NCBI GenBank assembly: GCA_048938895.1
Contig: JBHLLU010000049.1
Location: 1 to 29,281 of the forward strand
Direction: 5' to 3'
DNA length: 29,281 nt
Source: Promethearchaeota archaeon
GTDB taxonomy: Archaea > Asgardarchaeota > Lokiarchaeia > Sigyniarchaeales > SOKP01
The position numbers and the translations under genes were made by a program. This document shows positions 18,311 through 27,156 of this stretch, piece by piece. Below the pieces are notes generated by a model. That model made no database searches. It saw nothing but the letters and a program-made list of their open reading frames with translations, and was not told the origin of the DNA. Numbering within the stretch: the first letter of the stretch is position 1; each line of letters begins with the position of its first letter.

Positions 18311-19393
18311 TTAATTATCTTTAATCTCAACTTCAGTATATTCTATAATCAATCCTTTTTGAATTAAGAGGAGATCACTTCTAAATTCAAGTTTCCTTAG
18401 TTTCCTCTCGTCAAATTTAAAATTTGTATCGAACTCTATTTCTTTCTTAAGCATTTTCAAAAATTGTTGATCTAATGATTTTAATGGATATGAATTAAAA
18501 GATTTATACGATTTAGAAATATTAAGCTCATTTTTGCTAATAAATTCATTAATTATTATTTGAGAGTTATCATCATACAACCCATTCAGATAAATCTGAT
18601 TGATGGAATCATCTAAGATTTCCTCAATAATACTTAAAAATGTAAATAGTTCTTCAACTTCATATGGAGGATCTATATGAATGATTGAAAATTTCTCATC
18701 CTTTAGTTCTGAAATTTCATTTATTTCCTTAAAATCATAATTAAAGACTTGAAAATCCTTGAATTTATATTTATATGCAATTTCTTTCAATAATTTAGTA
18801 ATTCGGCCATCAATTTCGATGACGTACACAGATAATTCAGGTAGGATGAATTTACATAAGATACTAATCAAATCATCGTCTCCAATAAATATTGCTTTTT
18901 GAGATGTAAGTTGAATATTGCTAATAATTAATTGAGCTCGTTTTAATGAAGTTTTTAATGAGCATGGGAGTTGATAGTTATAATAACTCGTTTTAAAATT
19001 AGGTTTAAACAGCTTTAATAAGCTAAATTTGGAAAATAAGTGTGGATGTTTCAAATAATATGATTTATGGGGAATTTTTCTTATTAGTTTTAACCATATT
19101 CTCGTTTTTGAAGGTCTTTGAAATAATAGGTTAAAAACTTCTTGATTTTGAATTTTGATATTCTTTTGCTTTTTAAGTTTAATTACATTGACATTTTGCA
19201 GAAATTTTGATACGGCTAAAAAAGATGAGAATGAAACATTCGATTTTTTAACACAATCCGTAAATTTTCTATAGGATTTTATTAATCGTAACAGATTTAT
19301 GAAATTTAGAAAAGAAACAGTATCATTATGGAGATAGTTCCCTCTAATTAAAAGATCAAAAAGTTCCTCTAGTTTTTTTACATTTTCAGTCAA
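18311..19393 (-). CDS. BpsA-like (N4-bis(aminopropyl)spermidine synthase family) aminopropyltransferase, divergent
   Basis: Y.Q..C...T..KRA, IFIGDDDLISI, V.EIDGRI, DPPY motifs match the BpsA C-terminal domain; 20 bp upstream of speE on the same strand. Confidence 0.75.
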   Translation of the reverse strand: MTENVKKLEELFDLLIRGNYLHNDTVSFLNFINLLRLIKSYRKFTDCVKKSNVSFSSFLAVSKFLQNVNVIKLKKQKNIKIQNQEVFNLLFQRPSKTRIWLKLIRKIPHKSYYLKHPHLFSKFSLLKLFKPNFKTSYYNYQLPCSLKTSLKRAQLIISNIQLTSQKAIFIGDDDLISILCKFILPELSVYVIEIDGRITKLLKEIAYKYKFKDFQVFNYDFKEINEISELKDEKFSIIHIDPPYEVEELFTFLSIIEEILDDSINQIYLNGLYDDNSQIIINEFISKNELNISKSYKSFNSYPLKSLDQQFLKMLKKEIEFDTNFKFDERKLRKLEFRSDLLLIQKGLIIEYTEVEIKDN

Positions 19394-19513
19394 TATATTC
19401 TATAAATAAAATGTATTAGAATTTAAAGAATATAGTTATTCTTAAGGTATTAAATCCTAAAATTAAAAATTGATTAAGAGTTTTAATTGTAAATATAGTA
19501 GAAAGAGAGAATT

Positions 19514-20359
19514 ATGAAATTATTATACGTAACAGATATACATGGAATTGAATGGAAGCATAATGAAATATACAAAATAGCATTATCATTAAAACCAGAT
19601 GTTGTAATTAATGGTGGGGATATGCTTACTTTTAAAGGCAATTTAATGAATCAAGATAGGTTTATTACTGATTTTCTCGATGAGTATTTTTCTAGATTTG
19701 AAAAAATGAAAGTTTACTTTTTAAGCATGTTAGGAAATGACGATTTAAAAATATTTGATGATTTATTCCAAGAGACATGTAATAAATATTCTCACGTTAT
19801 AAATCTTGCTCAAAAAAAATTTCAAATTGAAGGAAGCGAATTTGAGTTTATCGGAATGAATTGGATACCGGATCTTCCTTTTGGATTAAAAGACAGAGCT
19901 CGTAAAGACATGAAAGTTTTTAAATTCCCCAAACAAATAGGAAAACAATACCTTTCAACTCTAAATGGATGGAATCAAATTGAAGATTGGATTTCATATG
20001 TTGAAACTCTTCCCACTATTGAAGATGAGCTTAGAAATCTAGTGAAACCTTCTGATATGAGTAATACAATCTATGTTTTTCATAGTCCACCTTCAAATTT
20101 AGATCTCGATGTTACTTTCACTGGTTTAAAAGTAGGTTCAGTAGCAGAATATAATTTTATGAAAGAAAACCAACCTAAAATGTCTTTTCACGGACATATA
20201 CACGAGTCTCCTAATGTTTCAGGCATATGGTTCTCTCAAGTAGGGAAAACAATTTGTATTCAACCAGGTCAGTCACAACAACATGAAAATACCGTAAGTT
20301 ATGTCTTGGTAGATTTAGAAACTATGAATCTTGAACGGAAAGTAAGTAAAAGGGAATAA
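19514..20359 (+). CDS. calcineurin-like metallophosphoesterase (Icc-like)
   Basis: DIHG, GGD, GNDD, H.PP, GS, HGHIHES motifs. Confidence 0.9.
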   Translation: MKLLYVTDIHGIEWKHNEIYKIALSLKPDVVINGGDMLTFKGNLMNQDRFITDFLDEYFSRFEKMKVYFLSMLGNDDLKIFDDLFQETCNKYSHVINLAQKKFQIEGSEFEFIGMNWIPDLPFGLKDRARKDMKVFKFPKQIGKQYLSTLNGWNQIEDWISYVETLPTIEDELRNLVKPSDMSNTIYVFHSPPSNLDLDVTFTGLKVGSVAEYNFMKENQPKMSFHGHIHESPNVSGIWFSQVGKTICIQPGQSQQHENTVSYVLVDLETMNLERKVSKRE

Positions 20360-20546
20360 TAAAAAAGATAGGAATTAATTATCTTTTGTAATTGCCATAC
20401 TCTAAGAATTAATTCTGCTACAATTAAAACTACTAAATAATATCCTGCATCTATTACCCAAGTAATAATATAGTCGACAATAATTAGAGTAAATACTTTA
20501 ATCTTGTATCATTAATTTTAAATAAAAAAAACTAATACGTGGAATT

Positions 20547-20882
20547 ATGAAAGAAGTATTTCCAGAACCTATAATAGGCTTACCAGAAGCAGATGTACCT
20601 TTAGAGGGTATTAAAGCTTACCTAGCTCAGGGAGATAGCTACCAAATTATATTTATGAGGTTTGAAAAGGACGTGGTTCTCGAGGAACATTCTCATGAAA
20701 GTCAGTGGGGTGTAGTACTTGGAGGCAAAATCGATTTAATTATTGATGGTAAGAAATATACTTTCAAGAAGGGTCATAGATACTTTATTCCAAAAGGGAT
20801 AAAGCATTCGGGAAAAATTTATAAAGGATATGCTGATATTACCTATTTCAATCAAAAAGATAGATATAAGGTTAAAAAGTAA
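20547..20882 (+). CDS. cupin domain protein
   Basis: EHSH..QWG.VL.G and G..YFIP.G..H cupin motifs. Confidence 0.9.
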   Translation: MKEVFPEPIIGLPEADVPLEGIKAYLAQGDSYQIIFMRFEKDVVLEEHSHESQWGVVLGGKIDLIIDGKKYTFKKGHRYFIPKGIKHSGKIYKGYADITYFNQKDRYKVKK

Positions 20883-20973
20883 GAAAGTGGATTATAATTT
20901 TTGGATTATTTAGCTTTTCATCAAGTACAGCAATAAATAGAAACAAGTTATCTATGTCTAAATAACAGAAAAT

Positions 20974-20987
20974 GAAAAGCTTTAAAA
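20974..20987 (+). promoter_or_regulatory. archaeal BRE/TATA promoter candidate for the Lys-rich peptide gene
   Basis: GAAAAGC-TTTAAAA about 70 bp upstream of ATG 21057; GAGGAG RBS-like sequence at 21040-21045. Confidence 0.55.
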
Positions 20988-21056
20988 CCTAGATTAAAAT
21001 TTTTAAGTATATAGATATTTAAATTCTTTTACAAAATTAGAGGAGAGAATAAAAAA

Positions 21057-21152
21057 ATGGCTAAAAAAGCACCTAAGAAGAAAGCTGCTCCAAAGAAAAA
21101 AGCAGCTCCAAAGAAAGCAGCGCCTAAGAAGAAAGCTCCAGCAAAAAAATAA
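21057..21152 (+). CDS. 31-aa histone H1-tail-like Lys/Ala/Pro peptide
   Basis: Below the ORF-track length cutoff. Manual translation MAKKAPKKKAAPKKKAAPKKAAPKKKAPAKK*. Repeats differ only at synonymous positions (Ala GCT/GCA/GCG, Pro CCT/CCA, Lys AAA/AAG). Flanked by RBS and T-rich terminator. Confidence 0.85.
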   Translation: MAKKAPKKKAAPKKKAAPKKAAPKKKAPAKK

Positions 21153-21167
21153 AAATATGAAATTTGG

Positions 21168-21198
21168 TTTTCGTTTTTTTTAATTTTAATTTTTTCTT
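21168..21198 (+). terminator. T-rich archaeal terminator after the peptide gene
   Basis: TTTTCGTTTTTTTTAATTTTAATTTTTTTCTT begins about 15 nt after the stop codon. Confidence 0.6.
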
Positions 21199-21401
21199 GG
21201 ATTGAAACTAAGAAGATTTAAACAAATATTTTATAATTAAGTGTTTGCGAAAAGGTAATTACTCTTTAGATCTATTTATCAGTGGAAAGAATTTTTTTTT
21301 CAAAAATAATTTAAGATTTTTAATATCTTGGTCTAGCTAGATATTTTTTAAATAATATCTAAAACCAAATGTATTTATGACATAAACCGTTTATAATATT
21401 A

Positions 21402-22109
21402 ATGAAGACAAAAGAAGAAAAAGACGACCTTGCGTCGTGCCAATCCACTCTTAATCCCAGCAAGTGGAATGGAAGAACAATAGAAATTGATGATGCTGGG
21501 ACTGGAGATCTCGTTGGAGATGCCTTTATTGGCTTTAGAGATACCCAAAACGGAAAGATATTATTTCAATCTGTTCCGGTAGGGTTCTATAATCAGGATA
21601 ATAAAGACGATAACCGTGCCAACAAACACATTGTAGAGGTTGTTAAGAAAGGACTTAAACTTCTCAATTATAAAAAAGGAGATCGGATCCTTCTATGCAG
21701 AGGTGATTGCTTTAATTTAGTGAGGGAATACTTTGACGATAATGAGATTTATTATGAACCTGCAATTATCGAAGGAGTACTCCAAGAAGCTGTAGAAGGG
21801 AGATATATCCACCATTTAAGAAAACTTGGAATTTATTCACGTAAACTTACGATTGAGGCTGGTGCTGAAAGATATTTTATCAGCTTTAATTGGATTTGTC
21901 GAGATTTCCCAAACCGTGAACGGTTTGTTAAAACAGGATTTCCTTCTTGGAAAAAGAAATGGCGGAAAATTGCCTTAAAAAGGTATAAATCATATCAAAG
22001 TAATAAGTTTATGCGGAGACACCCCAGTAAGAAAGACAAAAATCTAAATAAAGAGTATCTCCTCGAAAAACCAATTTCTATACGAGATTCAACCTCTAAA
22101 CGGCAATAA
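21402..22109 (+). CDS. conserved hypothetical protein, possible RNase H-like fold
   Basis: N-terminal IEIDDAGTGDLVG resembles the RNase HII GxDEAGRG motif; basic C-terminus; T10 tract at 22126-22135. Confidence 0.65.
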   Translation: MKTKEEKDDLASCQSTLNPSKWNGRTIEIDDAGTGDLVGDAFIGFRDTQNGKILFQSVPVGFYNQDNKDDNRANKHIVEVVKKGLKLLNYKKGDRILLCRGDCFNLVREYFDDNEIYYEPAIIEGVLQEAVEGRYIHHLRKLGIYSRKLTIEAGAERYFISFNWICRDFPNRERFVKTGFPSWKKKWRKIALKRYKSYQSNKFMRRHPSKKDKNLNKEYLLEKPISIRDSTSKRQ

Positions 22110-22463
22110 AATAAAGAATATATGGTTTTTTTTTTACTTCAAAATTAAATTTTGTTATAACTCTAAATTGTATCATTGAACATATATTTTCCTTTAATTC
22201 ATAGGAAAAAAAGGAATAAAATCGATGAGGTTTGCATTTTCTTTATCTTCCATTAATATCAGAGAAAGAAAAAGAAAACTGGTTAATTTTCCACAAAAGA
22301 TTTATATAGGCATTTCACTATATAAAGCATTGCATATTTAATAAATAAAAATACGTTTTGAGGAATAACGTAGGGTAAGGGTTGTAGGTAGTTATATTCG
22401 GTTTGGGACTATAAATCCTCCTATTTTCATAAATTACGTATAAATAGGTTGAAAAAGATTTAG

Positions 22464-23012
22464 ATGTATGACGCATTATTCAAAGTAGTTATTTTCGGAG
22501 ATTCTGGTTCGGGTAAAACGACTCTAAGAAAAAGATTCATGACAAATAAATTTATATCTGATTCTCGTCAAACTATTGGAGTTGATTTTGAGACTAAACT
22601 CCTTGATGTTGATGGTTTAGAAGTGAAATTAATGATATGGGATTTTGCAGGGGAAGAAAGATTTCGATTTATTTTTCCTCAATATATTTATGGTGCTATG
22701 GGGGGTATTCTAATGTATGATATCACTAATTATTCGAGCTTTTCTCATATAAATGAATGGTTGGATATAATAAAAGAAACTAATCAACTCTTCCCAATGA
22801 TTCTACTTGGAGGAAAATCGGATCTAGATGAATATAGAGAGGTTCCATTTGGACTAGGAATGGAAGCTGCAAAAGTAAGTAATATGACAGAATTTGTTGA
22901 ATGTTCCAGTAAAACAGGGGAATATGTTAATGAAACCTTCACAACGCTTGCAAGGATAATGTTAAATAAGATGATGATTAAGAAACAAGAAACACAAGGT
23001 ATTTTAGTATAA
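22464..23012 (+). CDS. Rab-like small GTPase (Ras superfamily)
   Basis: G1 GDSGSGKT, G2/RabF1 TIGVDF, KLMIWDFAGEERFR, Y.YGA.G.ILMYDIT, G4 GKSD, G5 CSSK. No C-terminal Cys prenylation motif. Confidence 0.95.
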   Translation: MYDALFKVVIFGDSGSGKTTLRKRFMTNKFISDSRQTIGVDFETKLLDVDGLEVKLMIWDFAGEERFRFIFPQYIYGAMGGILMYDITNYSSFSHINEWLDIIKETNQLFPMILLGGKSDLDEYREVPFGLGMEAAKVSNMTEFVECSSKTGEYVNETFTTLARIMLNKMMIKKQETQGILV

Positions 23013-23103
23013 TATATTGCATAAAGCACTCATTTTTTGTTTTTAATTCAAAATTTCTCTCAATAGTTTAATTACATATATTAAAAAAAAAAATGAAATT
23101 GAT

Positions 23104-23664
23104 TTAATTAGCTGTTGTTAGAAAGCCAAAAAATACAAAGATTAACACACCCATAATAAGACACATTACACCATAGATATAATAAGCTCTTATATACTTT
23201 TCACTTAAGAACATTAAGTCTGTCATATACCAGCTTATCAATCCACCAAAACCCCATAATGTAATGTCGGTTATCACATTTACTGCACTATCAAGTTCAA
23301 CTTTAATACCAACAGCATATAGAAGAGTATTTTCTATAATTTCCCATATGCCCGCAAGTCCAAGGGTAATTAACCAATATATTATAAATTTTCTATAACC
23401 CGGGGGATTTATTGGTGCTTGTGGGTTACCAGTTAAATTCTTAGCAATAAACCCGATTGTAAAAAAAACAACGAATATAGCAACACCCCATAGGAGATGC
23501 CCTACTGACCAATAATCAAATGAAGCAATTGATATATCTGGTTCATCCAGCGCTATAATAGGAACCTCAAAGAGAGCACCAATAATTGGAGTTATAATCA
23601 AAATGATTAAAAATCCAAGCATTATTAAGAGAGGTACAAAACGTTTTTCCATATTAAAAATCAC
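23104..23664 (-). CDS. hypothetical polytopic membrane protein
   Basis: About five TM helices; polar motifs DYWSVGH, WEIIEN, DS..N..TD. Likely start is the ATG at 23652. Confidence 0.75.
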   Translation of the reverse strand: MIFNMEKRFVPLLIMLGFLIILIITPIIGALFEVPIIALDEPDISIASFDYWSVGHLLWGVAIFVVFFTIGFIAKNLTGNPQAPINPPGYRKFIIYWLITLGLAGIWEIIENTLLYAVGIKVELDSAVNVITDITLWGFGGLISWYMTDLMFLSEKYIRAYYIYGVMCLIMGVLIFVFFGFLTTAN

Positions 23665-23766
23665 TTAATTTTATCTTTTAAATATGAATTTCTTTTATAA
23701 CAATATCGAATAAGACTAAGTAGTTAATAAATTTAATTTATTGAAGTTTAAAATTAGAAATCATTG

Positions 23767-24606
23767 TCATTCATGAGGTAAAAGAAGTATTAAAAGCATA
23801 ATTAGAATTATACCGCCTACAAAAATAAGCGATTGAATTATAGATTTCTTTAAATCTTTCTCTTTTATTAATTCCGGCATAAGCTCCGTGCTAGCCAAGT
23901 ATATGAAACCTCCTCCTGAAAATGCTAAAAAAAACAGATTAAATATTTCAAGTATATCTGATAAGATGAAAGCGAGTAATCCTCCAAGTAAAGCTACTAA
24001 AGCGCTTAAAAAATTAAACAAAAGAGCTTTTTTCTTAGAAAGTCCACCATATACTAATATTCCAAAATCACCAATCTCTTGAGGTAATTCGTGAAACAAA
24101 ACCGCTAATGTAATGACAACTCCATTGGTCACTCCACTTAGAAAAGCAACCATAATTATTACTCCATCTAAGAAATTATGCAATCCATCCCCAATAAGAT
24201 TAAGAAAAACGAAGGATTTTATATCTCCTCTTCCCTTTATTGCTACATCCTTATCTTCAGACATTGATTCATAACAGACAAATTTATCCTCTTTTTGATG
24301 AGCATGACCATGAAACCAGTAAATAAATCTTTCAATAATAAAAAATGCTACAAATCCTATTATAATATAAGTGAAAACAAGACTTAATGCTATTCCCATT
24401 CCCTCTGCATTTAATTCTTCGAGATGATGAATTGATTCAGGAATTAAATCAAATAATGCAGATGCAAGAATAGTGCCTGTTGCAAATGCTATAAGTATAA
24501 ATAAAATTCTATCTAATGTTTTTTCTTTAACTGAAATCATAAATACCCCAATCAAACTGAGCAAACTTATGAAGAATATCATTAAGAAGCCTAATAATGA
24601 TTCCAT
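23767..24606 (-). CDS. ZIP family (Zn/Fe) metal transporter
   Basis: FATG..L..A.FDLIPE, His-rich loop WFHGHAH, GDGLHNFLDG, HELPQEIGDF, GGFIYLA..ELMPE. Confidence 0.95.
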   Translation of the reverse strand: MESLLGFLMIFFISLLSLIGVFMISVKEKTLDRILFILIAFATGTILASALFDLIPESIHHLEELNAEGMGIALSLVFTYIIIGFVAFFIIERFIYWFHGHAHQKEDKFVCYESMSEDKDVAIKGRGDIKSFVFLNLIGDGLHNFLDGVIIMVAFLSGVTNGVVITLAVLFHELPQEIGDFGILVYGGLSKKKALLFNFLSALVALLGGLLAFILSDILEIFNLFFLAFSGGGFIYLASTELMPELIKEKDLKKSIIQSLIFVGGIILIMLLILLLPHE

Positions 24607-24740
24607 CTTTATTCAAACTCTTATTTTTATAAGTATAAAATTTACTAATTTAGGATAATATTTTATATTAAACATTTTTAATCAAAAAAGATTGTATTAT
24701 TATTAAAAATAAAAAAATTTTCAATCATACAAATTTTCAA

Positions 24741-25130
24741 ATGTCAGACGAAAAACTTAGAGATCAAATTAACAAAATTGCAGTTGAAATAGAAAAAATC
24801 GAACAAACTGCAAAGCAAAAAGAAGTTTATATTAGGAGTAGAATTGAAGAAGAATTTGGAACGAAAATTAGCGAAATTGAGGCAAAATTGCAGCATCAAA
24901 AAGGAATCCTTGATCAACTGAACAAAAACCTTGAAGAATTAACCTTACAAAAGAACGAAGTAGCCCCAATTGTAAAAAATTTAGAAAAAGACCATGCAAA
25001 TTTATTGAAAGAGAAAGAAAAAGCATTAAACGACAAACTTAAGTCAATAGTTAAAGAGAAGCAAACAAAAACTAAAATTATTGACCGGGAGATAAAGACA
25101 TTAGAAAAGGAGTTAAAATCCACTAAGTAA
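24741..25130 (+). CDS. coiled-coil hypothetical protein
   Basis: Near-continuous E/K/Q/L heptad pattern over 129 aa. Confidence 0.75.
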   Translation: MSDEKLRDQINKIAVEIEKIEQTAKQKEVYIRSRIEEEFGTKISEIEAKLQHQKGILDQLNKNLEELTLQKNEVAPIVKNLEKDHANLLKEKEKALNDKLKSIVKEKQTKTKIIDREIKTLEKELKSTK

Positions 25131-25138
25131 AAGTAACT

Positions 25139-25810
25139 TTATAACTTTAAGTGCATAGTCTCGAGTAGTTCTTCATTTAAAAAGTAGAGAGTCTGTTTAG
25201 GTGTCTTTTTTTTAATGATTACATTAAATTCTTCTAGCTTTTTAAGATATTTTGAGACAGTATTATGATGCATTCCTAAATCATTTGAAAGATTCGTTTT
25301 CGTAATCCCAAAATCGTTTAATTTCAAATATTCGATAATTCTCTTACTTTTCTCGTTGGAAGTAAAATATCCAACTTTTTTCTTTTTATCAGTTAAACTA
25401 GTATCAAAAAATATTGCGTGGTTTTCAAAGACTTCTCTTTTGATGTAACCAAACCGCTCCAACATTTTTACATGCCAAACAACTACAGGTTTATTGATAT
25501 TTAAATCTATGACAATTTTATTAAAATAAGAGCCTGGATTTTTTAATATGTAATTATAAATTTTGTTTCTCGTTTCATTAACTAAGATATCATTCTTAGT
25601 CAACTTGGTGCCCTCAACAATTAACCTTTTCTTAACGAGAGATCTGAGAATTTCTTCAATTGCTCTGGTATTCAGGTCTACTAAGGCTGATCTTAATACT
25701 GATTGAATAAATGGGAGTACCTTTTTCATATCAAAAAACTTATTAAGGCTGAGGTATTCTTGAACAATGTTTAATATAAGATTCTCATGTTGTGACAAAT
25801 CAACTGACAT
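25139..25810 (-). CDS. winged helix-turn-helix transcriptional regulator with tandem HTH domains
   Basis: TR..IY.YI..NPG.YF..I...L......V.WH...LE.FG.I, then I..YL.....G.T...LS..L.MH.NTV.KYL..LEE..V; the N-terminal region is also wHTH-like. Confidence 0.88.
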   Translation of the reverse strand: MSVDLSQHENLILNIVQEYLSLNKFFDMKKVLPFIQSVLRSALVDLNTRAIEEILRSLVKKRLIVEGTKLTKNDILVNETRNKIYNYILKNPGSYFNKIVIDLNINKPVVVWHVKMLERFGYIKREVFENHAIFFDTSLTDKKKKVGYFTSNEKSKRIIEYLKLNDFGITKTNLSNDLGMHHNTVSKYLKKLEEFNVIIKKKTPKQTLYFLNEELLETMHLKL

Positions 25811-25836
25811 TATTCTCAGATTCGTAACACAACCCT

Positions 25837-27156
25837 CTATTGTATTTCTATTATCATTTCTTTAAGAAACAATTCTCTTTCTTTAGGGGGAATACTGAGC
25901 ATTTCTCTGATAAAATTTTGCTGATCACCTTTTTCCAAGCCAAGATTGTTTACTTTTTCAAAGAAGTCTGAAGAAATTGTTGTAATATTAATATCTCCTT
26001 TATGATATAGTTTTTCTATCGCACCTTTTTCTTCAAATATTTGAAGTGCTAATGTACTGTCAAATAAGGAATCATACAAATCAGCTTCTAAAATTTCAGT
26101 ATAATCTTCTTCTCCTGGTCGTTTATAATCCTTAGTTGGTAGATCTTGCTTGTTCGTATGAATTATAGAATACACTGAAATTACACTTAAAGCACCAATT
26201 ACTAGTGAGATAACTATGATTGGTATAAGAGAAGAACTTTGTGGTATTACCAATAATCCTTCAATTCCAATTTTAGCAGAGTGAGAGATATGTGTTCCAT
26301 TCATATAATTAATATATAACTTTTCCGCACTTTCGATATGATCATCAGGGAGTATTTCACTTGAGACAACAGTCTCTGGAAAATTATCAATTTTCGCATT
26401 CTCCTTCCAAGTAAAGAATCCAATATCATCTCCCATAGTGGTCATTACTCCTTGTTCATTTTCTGCATATTTATTTCTTTCATCTTCAGTATCTTCTTGT
26501 CTTTCATAATTACCTTCAGATTCCAACCTAGTATACAATGATAACTGAGAACTGAAGTTTAAATAAGGGAAATTTGAAATTTCAATATTAATTATTGCTT
26601 GAGTAGGAAGTATCAGAGTATTTTCAAGTAGGGAAAATTCTTCGCTGAAATAGATATGAGCAGTAAAGGTTTCATTTACAGTTTGGATTCGAAAATAATG
26701 GATAACACTACCGTAGTCATCTGTAGAGTTTTCATAATATATAGGGGAAAATTCATTCAACGAGAAATTTTGAATATTTTTATCAACTTCAGGATTATAT
26801 ATGCCATTTTCATCGTTATCAATAAATTCTATTATTTCTCGGAAAGTAATACTAAACATTAATTCAAAATCTGATTCGAGATTTGATTTATAACCAATAA
26901 GAAATTGAATACCATCTTCACTGCAGACAATTGTGGTCGAAATTAGATCTTTCCTATGATCACCATTTCGAACAGATTCAATTGAAATTTCACTCCCTTC
27001 AATGGTATAATCAATTTCTCTTTTATTTAATTGCTCTAATTTATCATCTATACCATCTCCATCTTTATCATTTGAAGCTATGGTAAATTTACATGTTATA
27101 ATAATTAGGAGAACACTAAAAAATAAAATCCCCATCAGTTTTTTACTCTTTTTCAT
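25837..27156 (-). CDS. single-pass membrane protein, paralog of 27300..28433, with an extra cytoplasmic domain of about 105 aa
   Basis: Signal peptide, DKDGDGIDD, F.EIIEFID.D.NG, SQL.L...L, GFFTWKE.A.ID, TM IPIIVISLVIGALSVISVYSII; AGGTGA RBS at 27161-27166. Confidence 0.85.
   Translation of the reverse strand: MKKSKKLMGILFFSVLLIIITCKFTIASNDKDGDGIDDKLEQLNKREIDYTIEGSEISIESVRNGDHRKDLISTTIVCSEDGIQFLIGYKSNLESDFELMFSITFREIIEFIDNDENGIYNPEVDKNIQNFSLNEFSPIYYENSTDDYGSVIHYFRIQTVNETFTAHIYFSEEFSLLENTLILPTQAIINIEISNFPYLNFSSQLSLYTRLESEGNYERQEDTEDERNKYAENEQGVMTTMGDDIGFFTWKENAKIDNFPETVVSSEILPDDHIESAEKLYINYMNGTHISHSAKIGIEGLLVIPQSSSLIPIIVISLVIGALSVISVYSIIHTNKQDLPTKDYKRPGEEDYTEILEADLYDSLFDSTLALQIFEEKGAIEKLYHKGDINITTISSDFFEKVNNLGLEKGDQQNFIREMLSIPPKERELFLKEMIIEIQ

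Noticed and set aside
21060-21150. AAGAAAGC-type repeats as a CRISPR array or microsatellite
   Set aside because: No spacers; unit lengths are multiples of three and vary synonymously, which fits a coding repeat.
628-23012. Roadblock, longin-like protein and Rab-like GTPase as one operon
   Set aside because: Separated by many unrelated genes; these families are highly paralogous in Lokiarchaeia, so co-occurrence in 29 kb is unsurprising.
24741-25130. Coiled-coil protein as an ESCRT-III/Snf7 or SNARE homolog
   Set aside because: No TM, no basic-N/acidic-C polarity or MIM motif, no Vps4 neighbour; generic heptads only.
681-26862. Short ORFs nested in or antisense to long genes (681, 1405, 2036, 2181, 5313, 6462, 6779, 10867, 13970, 15084, 15565, 16278, 17516, 17893, 22784, 23888, 24473, 24914, 26656)
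   Set aside because: All overlap well-supported genes and show no motifs; for example the Ser/Pro-rich 16278 ORF is simply the antisense of the Arg/Gly repeat.
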